64,000 nt of DNA from an uncultured Actinomycetota bacterium (GTDB lineage Bacteria; Actinomycetota; Thermoleophilia; RBG-16-64-13). Every line of letters starts with the position of its first letter. The stretch's first letter is position 1. Both the position numbers and the translations under genes were made by a program. This document shows positions 20,601 through 29,590 of the stretch, piece by piece. Location of the stretch: NCBI GenBank assembly GCA_963843515.1, contig CAWJKH010000007.1, forward strand, positions 324,017-388,016, given 5' to 3'. The notes under the pieces were generated by a model, which did no database searches, was not told where the DNA came from, and was given only the letters and a program-made list of their open reading frames with translations.

Positions 20601-23196
20601 CACCCGCACCATCATGCAGGTGAAGATCGCGGCGGCGGCTCCGGCGCCGACCTTCAACCTGACCAAGCTGCGCACCGCCTTCTCGCACAAAGCAGACGGC
20701 TCCGGTGTGTTCGAGTCAGGCCAGCACCCGATCATCGTCGGTCAGGCCCCGTACAACTCCGCGTACGGCGCGACCTTCGCGGCGTCGGGATACTGCAACG
20801 CCGATGGCAGCACCAGCACGCGGTGCGACGGCTATGCCCGCATCAACGACCAGGGTGGCGACATGTTCAAGTTCAACACCCTGAGGACCGGGACCGGCGC
20901 AACGATCTCGGTGAAGATCGAGCCCAAGGCCATCCACGACGAGACGAACGCCTCAGCCTTCGATGAGTTCGGTAGAATGCAGGCCAACCTGGGCGTCGAG
21001 GTCGTCCCGGCCACTCCCGGCCTGCAGAACGTGGTCCTGCACCCGTACACCTTCCCGATAACAGAGATAATCGACACTTCCGGATTGCCGACAGCGGACG
21101 TCAAGGTGACGCCCATCTCATCGGGTGCCGATGGAACGCAAATCTGGAAGATCACCCACAACGGCGTCGACACACACCCGATCCACTTCCACGCCTACGA
21201 CGTGCAGGTGCTGAACCGGGTAACGTGGGACAACATCATCATTCCGCCGGATGCCAACGAGCTCGGCTGGAAAGACACGCTGCGGATCAGCCCGCTGCAG
21301 GACACCATCGTGGCCCTGCGGCCGGTGATCCCCAAACTGCCCTTCGACGTGCCGAACAGCATCAGGCTGCTCAGCCCGATGGCGGACAACGAATGCGCCC
21401 ATAGCCCTGTCGACAGTTGATCTCGCCGCCGGCATCGCCCCAAGGGCGGTCGCGCCGGACGGAAACCCGGTCGACATCTACAACCACTACGTCAACTTCG
21501 GCGCCGAGTACGTCTACCACTGCCATATCCTCAGCCATGAGGAAATGGACATGATGCGTCCCGTCTCGCTGGCCAACCTGCCGAAAGCTCCGACAGGGCT
21601 CACGGCGGCCAAGGTCGGCAACGGCGTCCTGCTCACCTGGACCGACAACTCGTTGGCCGACACAGCGTTCGCGGTCCAGCGCCAGCCCCTCGGCAGCGCG
21701 AGCATGGGAGGACGCCGGCGTCATCCTGATGTCGCTGAACCGCCGCTCTGCCGGTGACCGATCTGTCGAATCCGAGGTTCATGGGTACCCGGACCTTCAC
21801 CGACACGACCGCGACCGGGTCGGTGACCTACAAGTACCGGATCGAAGCTCGTAACACCGTGGGTGACACGGTCGATTACGGCGCGGCCGGTCCGGTAGCC
21901 AACTTCCCGACTGTCACCACCCGGGCGTACAGCAACATCGTCGACGGTCCGGTTGCTCTCACCCGATATGACAACACCGACAGTCGCATCTTCTACACCA
22001 CCGGCACGCCCAACACCACCTGGGAGAGATTCCCCGCTACCGGGACCACGACAGGTCCGTATCAGGGAAGCTACCAGCGCACCCGGTCCAACAATGCCTG
22101 GTCGATGATCGCCTTCAACGGCACCCAGTTGTCTGTGATCGCTACCAAAGGCACGACCCGGGCACCATGCTGGTGTCCGTCGATGGAGGACCGAACCACC
22201 CAGGTCAACCTGAGCAACGGTCGGTCGTCCAGTACCAGCAGAACGTCTTCACTACCCCCGTGCTGCCTGCAGGAATCCATACGGTGAAGCTCAGCCGGTC
22301 GACCACCCAAGCCAACGACCCGTACATCAGCCTCGACGCGGTTGACGTGATCGGCGACTCTGGTATCGTTCACCCGAGTCGACGCCGCGTACACCGCGAG
22401 CGCGTCGAGCCAGATCCGCTTCTCCGGTCCTCGACCCAATCCGTGGGCGAACTTCGAGCCCGGGGGTAGCACCGCCTGGAACATCAACTACGCTCGCGCG
22501 AACGTGAACGGCTCCACGGTCACCATCCCCTTCACCGGTGTCCGGCTCGACTGGATCGCCACGAAGGGCACGACTCTGGGCATCGCCAACGTGTCCGTCG
22601 ACGGAGGAGCGACCACTCAGGTCAACCTGAACAACGCGGTCGTCCAGTACCAGCAGAGGGTGTTCAGCACCGGTACCCTTCCGAGCGGTCCCCACACTCT
22701 GACCATCAGCTGGGCCAATGTGGCGTCTAACACCACGCCCACCACGGACTTGTACGTCAGCATCGACGCCGTCGAGATCTTCGGCGGCGGACTGGTGGCG
22801 AATACCAGGACGCAGCAGACCGCGATACCGCCGCTCGACTACACCGGTCCGTGGGCGATGTTCACGACGGCCAATGCGTCCGGAGGCAGCTACACTCGAC
22901 TCAACGCCAACGGTCAGATCAGCATCGATTTCACCGGCGTGCGGCTCGGGTGGATCTCCACCGTCGGCTCGACCCTGGGTCTGGCTCAGGTGTCCGTCGA
23001 TAACGGAGCCTGGCAGGACGTCAACCTGAACGACCCCAACAACACGTGGTACCAGCAGGACGTGTGGAGCGTCGTGGTTCCCTACGGCGTCCACAACGTG
23101 AAGATCAGATGGGCCAACGTGGCATCTAACACCACTCCCAACCCGGATAGGTACATCAGCGTCGACGCGATCGATGTGGCAGGGACCCTGCAGTAA
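17638..23196 (+). pseudogene. giant secreted multicopper oxidase (~1850 aa if repaired): Gly/Thr/Ala-rich repeats, MCO core, FN3-like domain and 3 CBM-like beta-sandwich repeats; about 10 frame breaks
   Basis: Signal/anchor MSRRIIRRSSTTKLSIVFFVVLAAAL. Copper motifs HLHGG, YHDHAWG, HPIHFHAYD and HCHILSHEEMDMM. One continuous protein runs through ORFs 17581, 18476, 18564, 19738, 21545, 21754, 22167 and 22504. Breaks near 18560, 18650, 19715, 21390, 21700, 21755, 22160, 22195, 22225 and 22355. Confidence 0.8.
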
Positions 23197-23224
23197 GGGA
23201 ACCACCAGCCACCTCGGTGCCCAA

Positions 23225-23265
23225 GGGAGGGCCGGCCGCAAGGCCGGCCCTCCCTTTTCTTCTTT
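23225..23265 (+). terminator. rho-independent terminator after the giant MCO
   Basis: Perfect 13-bp stem GGGAGGGCCGGCC / GGCCGGCCCTCCC, GCAA loop, then TTTTCTTCTTT. Confidence 0.85.
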
Positions 23266-23449
23266 GGGGAGCATGTTCCATTGAGAAGCATCCGGCCATA
23301 CTGGCGCCAGACTGGTTTATGCTGGTCAGCAGGCGAGGGGACAAGAGCGGCCCGCCGGCGACCCCGCTACTCTGCAGTGGCGGGGCAGAGCCTGGATCGG
23401 CGGAGTCTCGAATGGCGGTAACTTCCGAAGAAGGGAATCGAGGGCGACC

Positions 23450-24709
23450 ATGGGCAACAGGAATGCGTTCTACGCGCAGTCGGGCGGGGTGACGGCCGTC
23501 ATTAACGCCTCCGCTTGCGGTGTCATCGAGACGGCCCGCCTGCACGGGGATGTGATAGGCACCGTCTTTGCCGGCCGCAACGGCATCATCGGAGCCCTGA
23601 TCGAGGATCTGATCGACACCGGTCAGGAGTCCGACGCCGCCATCGCTGCGCTGCGATACACCCCGTCCGGCGCCTTCGGGTCGGCTCGGTACAAGCTCAA
23701 GAGCGTCGAGAAGGACCCGCGCGAGTACGACCGGCTCCTGGAGGTGTTCAAAGCCCACGACATCGGCTACTTCTTCTACAACGGCGGCGGCGACTCCGCC
23801 GACACCTGCCTCAAGGTGTCGCTTCTGTCGGAGAGCGGCGGCTATCCCATCCAGGCCATCCACGTCCCCAAGACGGTGGACAACGACCTCCCCATCACCG
23901 ACAGCTGCCCCGGGTTCGGTTCCGTGGCCAAGTACATCGCGGTATCCACGCGGGAGGCCAGCTTCGACGTGCGCTCCATGGCGAAGACGTCTACCAAGGT
24001 CTTCGTGCTCGAGGTGATGGGTCGGCACGCAGGCTGGATCGCCGCGGCGGGTGGCCTGGCATCGGACGCCGGGACCGAGATCCCCATCATCATCCTTTTT
24101 CCGGAGATCGACTTCGACCGGGCGCGGTTTCTCGCCAAAGTGCAGGCGTTCGTGGATAGGTTCGGCTACTGCACGGTGGTGGTTTCCGAAGGGGTCAAGA
24201 GCCCGGATGGCACCTTCTTGGCCGACCAAGGGCTGAAGGACGCCTTCGGTCATGCCCAACTGGGCGGCGTGGCCCCAGTGGTGGCAGACATCGTCCGCCA
24301 AGGGCTGGGTTTCAAGTACCACTGGGGGGTCGCCGACTACCTGCAGCGCGCAGCCCGCCACATCGCGTCCCGCACCGATGTCGAGCAGGCCTATGCCATG
24401 GGCAAGGCGGCTGTGGAACTGGCCCTGGCCGGGGAGAACTCGGTGATGCCCACCATCGTGCGGACCTCCACCCACCCCTACGTGTGGGACGTGGGTGCCG
24501 CCCCACTCTCGGAGGTGGCCAACGTGGAGAAGATGATGCCGCGCGACTACATCACCGAGGATGGCTTCGGCATCACCCAGGCCTGCCGAGACTACCTGAC
24601 CCCGCTCATCCAGGGCGAAGACTACCCACCTTACGAGGACGGCCTCCCAGCCTACGTGACCCTGAAGAACGTGGCGGTCGCGAAGAAGTTGCCGGAGTTC
24701 ACTTTGTAG
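23450..24709 (+). CDS. 6-phosphofructokinase (~420-aa PfkA/Pfp group; ATP versus PPi donor not assignable from sequence alone)
   Basis: MGNRNAFYAQSGGVTAVINAS, NGGGDS, PKTVDNDL and MGRHAGW motifs. Confidence 0.85.
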   Translation: MGNRNAFYAQSGGVTAVINASACGVIETARLHGDVIGTVFAGRNGIIGALIEDLIDTGQESDAAIAALRYTPSGAFGSARYKLKSVEKDPREYDRLLEVFKAHDIGYFFYNGGGDSADTCLKVSLLSESGGYPIQAIHVPKTVDNDLPITDSCPGFGSVAKYIAVSTREASFDVRSMAKTSTKVFVLEVMGRHAGWIAAAGGLASDAGTEIPIIILFPEIDFDRARFLAKVQAFVDRFGYCTVVVSEGVKSPDGTFLADQGLKDAFGHAQLGGVAPVVADIVRQGLGFKYHWGVADYLQRAARHIASRTDVEQAYAMGKAAVELALAGENSVMPTIVRTSTHPYVWDVGAAPLSEVANVEKMMPRDYITEDGFGITQACRDYLTPLIQGEDYPPYEDGLPAYVTLKNVAVAKKLPEFTL

Positions 24710-24800
24710 AACGACGCACGGCGACGGGCGCCGCGTTGGCGCCAGGCCGACCGCCGCACCTGGTGGGGCGCGGGGCGGTGCCCGCCAATGAGAGGCGAGG

Positions 24801-25961
24801 TCACGCCTCCCCGACCAGCTCCTTCCAGGCCTGGTGCTTCTCCCGTGGCCAGCGGGCGCAGATCGCCGGCCTACCCGCGGCGACCGACTTGTTGCACGCA
24901 TCGGCGCAGTCGCAGCGGATGATCTCGTCTTCCCGTCCTTCGCGGACCTTGACCACCCATTCGGGATCGGCCCAGAGCATCCGCCCCAGCCCCACCAGAT
25001 CCGCCTGTCCCTCTGCGATGATGCGCTCCGCCAGTTCTCCCGAGTCGATGCGGCCTGCAGTCACAACCGGAATCCCTACCGAGGCTTTCACGGTGGCTGC
25101 CAGGTCCGTCATATACCCGGACTTCTGGCCTCTCTCGATAACGGGCGGGGTGCCGAAGGACTCATACGTGCCGCCCATCACCGACAGGTACACGAGTCCG
25201 GCTGCCTCCAGCAACTGTGCCGCAAGGCGCGACTCCGCGAGGGTCAAGCCGTCGGGCAGCCACTCGTCGGCCAGGAAGCGGTAACCCACCGGCATATCCC
25301 CCACCGTGTCCTTGACGGCGCCGATGACCTCCAGCGGGAAGCGGCAGCGGTTCTCGAGCGACCCGCCGTACGCGTCGGTGCGGCGGTTGGTCCGCGGCGA
25401 GATGAACTCCGACAGTAGGTAGCCGGTACCTCCGTGCAGTTCGACCATGTCGAATCCGGCCTGCTGCGCCCGGCGAGCGGTCTCGGCGAACTTCTGAGCG
25501 ACGCCCGGCAATTCGTCGGCGTCGAGCGCCCGAGGAGTGCGGCCAAAGGCCGGCACTGCGGACGGCGCGACCGGCTCCGGGGCAGCCTTGGCGAAGCGGC
25601 CGGCGTGGTTCAGCTGAATACAGGCCAGCGCCCCCTCGTCCTTGACGGTCCGCGCCAGGCGGGTCAGGCCTTCGAGACAGCCATCGGTGTCGGCTCGCAG
25701 TTCCAGCAGGGATCCGCTGGCCACCGGGTGGTCGATACTCACGTTCTCGACGACCACCAAGGCCACCCCACTGCGGGCCATGAGGCGGTAGTGCTCCAGC
25801 AGCGCCGGGGTCACCGCACCGGCCGGCCCGGCGTAGCCCAGAAAGAGCGGGACCATCATCAACCTGTTCTTGAGCTTGAGCCCTCCGACCTCGAAGGGAG
25901 AGAACAATCGTCCAAACTTCTCGCGCGTCACCGCGTCACCCCCGTCACTCGCTGGCGTCAC
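24801..25961 (-). CDS. NADH:flavin oxidoreductase, Old Yellow Enzyme family
   Basis: 386 aa. LKNRLMM, QLNHAGR, HGGTGYLLSEFISPRTNRRTDAYGGSLENR. The GTG start overlaps the upstream stop (GTGA). Confidence 0.85.
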   Translation of the reverse strand: MTPASDGGDAVTREKFGRLFSPFEVGGLKLKNRLMMVPLFLGYAGPAGAVTPALLEHYRLMARSGVALVVVENVSIDHPVASGSLLELRADTDGCLEGLTRLARTVKDEGALACIQLNHAGRFAKAAPEPVAPSAVPAFGRTPRALDADELPGVAQKFAETARRAQQAGFDMVELHGGTGYLLSEFISPRTNRRTDAYGGSLENRCRFPLEVIGAVKDTVGDMPVGYRFLADEWLPDGLTLAESRLAAQLLEAAGLVYLSVMGGTYESFGTPPVIERGQKSGYMTDLAATVKASVGIPVVTAGRIDSGELAERIIAEGQADLVGLGRMLWADPEWVVKVREGREDEIIRCDCADACNKSVAAGRPAICARWPREKHQAWKELVGEA

Positions 25962-26542
25962 CGCTCGTCGCCCTCATCGTGGTAGCCCCGGCCCACGCTC
26001 CAGGCGTCGGCGATGTGCTCTCCGATGGCCCAGTAGCGGTTGTCGGGCATGGTGAGGACGAACGGCCGCAACTTCTCGACGTCGGGCTTGCTGTCGTCGA
26101 GCAGGAAGCGCTTCTCCGTCCAGGTCCCGACGATGTCGGCCACGAACAACTCGTGGGTGATCAGGTCCACCATCTGATACACCCGGCACTCCAGGCAGAG
26201 CGGACATTCGGCGATCATGGGCGCATGCTCCAAGGATCCCCGAAAGATGGTGAAGGGCGAGGCCTTGTCGGTGCCCCGCTTGGCCGACACGATGCCGCAC
26301 CAGTCCGTCACCGCCACCTGATCGACGCTGGGGATGCACACGCTGAACTCCCCGTGCTCGCGGATGCCGGCGTTGGTGGCGTGAGCCGCATTCAACGCGG
26401 CTACCAGGCGCGGAGGATTGGGCTGACAGCGGGTGACCCACGCAGCGGCGAGGAAGTTGGGTCCGATGGGAAGGTCGGCCCCGACCAGGGTCATGGGCAT
26501 CGGATAGAGGAAACCCTGAGGACCGAGATCGATCTTGTCCAT
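25958..26542 (-). CDS. flavin reductase-like FMN-binding (split-barrel) protein
   Basis: MDKIDLGPQGFLYPMPMTLVGA from the Met at 26542. Co-oriented and translationally coupled to the OYE gene. Confidence 0.75.
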   Translation of the reverse strand: MDKIDLGPQGFLYPMPMTLVGADLPIGPNFLAAAWVTRCQPNPPRLVAALNAAHATNAGIREHGEFSVCIPSVDQVAVTDWCGIVSAKRGTDKASPFTIFRGSLEHAPMIAECPLCLECRVYQMVDLITHELFVADIVGTWTEKRFLLDDSKPDVEKLRPFVLTMPDNRYWAIGEHIADAWSVGRGYHDEGDER

Positions 26543-26682
26543 GTTCGCCCTCCGCGGGGATAGGGATCGCCTCCCTCCGGATGATAGCAAGCAAGGCCTC
26601 GCGGGGCTTCGCCGCCCGCGGCCTTGCAGCGCGCGCCCTGGCGCTCTCGCGGCCCGGGCCGCCCGGTGATAGTGTGACCGGC

Positions 26683-27690
26683 ATGCGATATCTGGTCACA
26701 GGGGCGACCGGTTTCGTCGGTCGGGAAGTGGTCCGCCAGCTTCTGGGCGCGTCGTTCGAGGTGGTGGCGCTCGCCCGCGACCCGGCGGCAGCCGCGGCCG
26801 GGTACGCCGATCCGCTGGCCCGGCCCGGTGTGACTCTGGCTCGCGGCGACGTGACCGACAAAGAGTCCATGCGGGCCGCCATGACCGGGGTCGACGGCGT
26901 GTTCCACGTGGCCGGCTGGTACCGGATCGGCGCTCGGCACAAGACTCCGGCCTTCACCACCAACGTGGACGGCAGCCGCAACGTGCTCGAGTTGGCCGGC
27001 GAGCTTGGGGTGGCCAAGACGGTCTACACCAGCAGCCTGGCCGTCAATTCCGACACTCACGGCCGGATGGCGGACGAGAGCTACCACTTTACCGGCCGGC
27101 ACCTCAGCGCGTACGATCTGACAAAGTGGCGGGCTCACTACGAGGTGGCGGTGCCGCTCATGGCCGCAGGGCTGCCGCTGGTCATCGTCGCGCCCGGCGC
27201 CGTGTACGGCCCGGGCGACCATGGTCCGCTCGCCGACGTCTTTCGTCTCTACCTCAGGGGGGAGCTTCCCCTCCTCCCCAAGCGCTGCGCGTACTGCTGG
27301 GGATATGTCACAGACATCGCGCGGGCTCATCTCGTCGCCATGGAGAAGGGGGTCGCCGGCCAGTCGTACATCATCTCCGGACCCTGCCACGAGCTCAGCG
27401 AGGCCCTGAGACTGCTCCAGAAGATGACCGGCCTCCCCCTCCCCCGTCGGAGCCCGCCTCCGGCCCTGCTGAAAGGCGTGGCCGCAGCGCTGAGCCTGAT
27501 CGAGCGCTTCCACCCCGGGCAGGACATGACGTCGGCCGAAGCCATCCGGGTGATGGCCGGGGTGACCTATCTGGGCTCAAACGCCAAGGCCAAGCGGGAA
27601 CTGGGGATCGAGATGAGGCCCCTCGAAGAGGGACTGAGACAATCGCTTTCGTGGTATCGGGAGTACGCGCATACTCATGGGAATCACTAG
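26683..27690 (+). CDS. NAD-dependent epimerase/dehydratase family protein
   Basis: MRYLVTGATGFVGREV Rossmann start at 26683. The YxxxK region (SAYDLTKW) is present. Confidence 0.8.
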   Translation: MRYLVTGATGFVGREVVRQLLGASFEVVALARDPAAAAAGYADPLARPGVTLARGDVTDKESMRAAMTGVDGVFHVAGWYRIGARHKTPAFTTNVDGSRNVLELAGELGVAKTVYTSSLAVNSDTHGRMADESYHFTGRHLSAYDLTKWRAHYEVAVPLMAAGLPLVIVAPGAVYGPGDHGPLADVFRLYLRGELPLLPKRCAYCWGYVTDIARAHLVAMEKGVAGQSYIISGPCHELSEALRLLQKMTGLPLPRRSPPPALLKGVAAALSLIERFHPGQDMTSAEAIRVMAGVTYLGSNAKAKRELGIEMRPLEEGLRQSLSWYREYAHTHGNH

Positions 27691-27740
27691 CAGGCTGCGT
27701 GAATGGAGGGATCGTGGACTTCAAGCCCGAAGCACAGCGC

Positions 27741-28520
27741 ATGAAAGACAAGGTGGTGCTGGTCACAGGAGGCGGAGGCACCAACAGCATCGGACGCTCG
27801 ATATCGCTTCGCTTCGGCCTCGAAGGGGCAAAGATCGGCGTGCTCGATATCGACGAGCCGAGCGCGGTATCGGTGGCCGGCGAGATCAAGGCGGCCGGCG
27901 GGGAGGCGATCCCCATCCACTGTGACATCACCCACCTCGACCAGTGCCACGCGGCGGCCAAGCTCCTTGCCGACACCTACGGCGGCCGTATCGACGTCCT
28001 CGTGAACAACGCCGCTGCCTTCCGTGGCGTCCTCTCGAAGCAGGGGTTCCGGAAGTTCACCGAGTGGTCGGTGGAGGATTGGGACTACATGCTGGACGTC
28101 AACCTGCGGGGCATGTGGTTCTGCGCCCAGGCCGTCTATCCCTACATGCAGCCCTTCGGATACGGAAAGATCGTCAACATGACCTCCACGACCTTCTGGG
28201 AGGGCGTGCCCGGCTTCATCCACTACGTGTCGAGCAAGGGCGGCATCATCGGGTTAACGCGGGCGCTGGCCCGCGAGCTGGGGCCCGAAGGCATCCGGGT
28301 GAACGCCATCGCCCCCGGCTTCACGCTGACCGAGGCCAACATGGAACAGGCGGCGGACGCCCGCGAGCACTGGGACGAGGTGCTGCGCCAGCAGTGCCTG
28401 CCTCAGCGCCACGAGGTGGCCGACGATCTCGCCGGACCGGCATTCTTCCTGGCGTCGCCGGACAGCGACTTCATGACCGGGCAGACCTTCCTCGTCGACG
28501 GAGGCCTGCGCCACAACTAG
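27741..28520 (+). CDS. short-chain dehydrogenase/reductase (SDR)
   Basis: MKDKVVLVTGGGGTNSIG, NNAA, YVSSKGG, IRVNAIAPG. Confidence 0.85.
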   Translation: MKDKVVLVTGGGGTNSIGRSISLRFGLEGAKIGVLDIDEPSAVSVAGEIKAAGGEAIPIHCDITHLDQCHAAAKLLADTYGGRIDVLVNNAAAFRGVLSKQGFRKFTEWSVEDWDYMLDVNLRGMWFCAQAVYPYMQPFGYGKIVNMTSTTFWEGVPGFIHYVSSKGGIIGLTRALARELGPEGIRVNAIAPGFTLTEANMEQAADAREHWDEVLRQQCLPQRHEVADDLAGPAFFLASPDSDFMTGQTFLVDGGLRHN

Positions 28521-28572
28521 ACGCCCACGCCGCGCCGCCCCGCACCGACAACCGACAAGGAGTCACTGCAGC

Positions 28573-29479
28573 ATGGCCAGCAAGCCCCTCGAGTACCAGG
28601 TCTTACATGCATAGCCACCCCGGCTTCAACAGCACGTCCACGCTGTTCTACGGGGAGCGGGACGCCGTTCTCATCGACGCCACCCAACTCCTGAGCGACG
28701 CCCACCGGCTGGCCGCCGACCTCATCGACATCGGCAAGAACATCACCCACATCTACGTGTCCCACTTTCACCCCGACCATCACTTCGGCGCGGGGGTGCT
28801 CAAGAGCGCCTTCCCCCGAGCCCACGTGGTCGCCCTGCCCAGCGTGGTGAAGGACATCGTGTTCACCACCAACGACAAGGTCGACATGTGGGGCGACTTC
28901 TTCGGCAAGAACGAGCCCGAGACGGTCACTCTTCCCCATGCCTCTCAGCGAGCCCCGGCTCGAGGTGGAAGGACACGTCATCGAGTTCTCCGACGACTGG
29001 GAGGGCGACAGCGCCAACAACAGCGCTGGTCTGGGTCCCGTCGCTGGGCGTGGTCTGCGCCACCGACGTCGCTTATCTCGACTGCCACGTGTGGATGACC
29101 GAGAGCAACGCGGCCCGCCGGAAGAAATGGCGCGCGGACCTCAAGAGACTGCGCGAGTTCGACGCCCAGGTGATCGTCCCCGGACACGTGAGCCCGGAGA
29201 AGCTGGCCGTCAGAGACACCTCGTGTGTGGACTGTCCCCTCCGCTACATGGACGTCTACGAAGAGGTGCTGGCGCGTGCCAAGACCGGGCTCGAGCTCTG
29301 GGAGGGCGTGGAACAAGGCCTATCCCGGCATGAAGGCCGTGGATTTCGGCCTGCAGTGGAACGCCCGCCTGCTCTTCCCGCACAGTTGCCCCGACTGGTT
29401 CGCGCCGCTGCCGGGCGAGCCGGGCACCATCTTCCTCGATCCCAGCGGGGTGTTCGGCGGCGACCCGCCGCGAGACTAG
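28573..29479 (+). pseudogene. MBL-fold metallo-hydrolase, 4 frame breaks
   Basis: MASKPLEYQV then HPGFNSTSTLFYGE...SHFHPDHHFG, then MPLSEPRLEVEGHVIEF, then LVWVPSLGVVCATDVAYLDCHVW, then NKAYPGMKAVDFGLQWN...PPRD*. Breaks near 28608, 28934-28937 (CCCC run), 29025 and 29308. Confidence 0.7.
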
Positions 29480-29590
29480 CGGGGTCTGCAGGCCGGCGCC
29501 AGGGGCGGCGATCTGTCGCGCGATCAGCGCAGGCGGGCAGCCCGGTAGGCGCGCCGCAGCCCGGCAAGAGTCCCGCCCGCAGCCTGTCCC

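Noticed and set aside
14401-23196. Programmed ribosomal frameshifting or recoding in the multicopper oxidase genes
   Set aside because: Ten or more shifts per gene, in both directions, with no shared slippery heptamer or downstream structure. The same kind of break occurs in unrelated genes across the window. Homopolymer indels explain them better.
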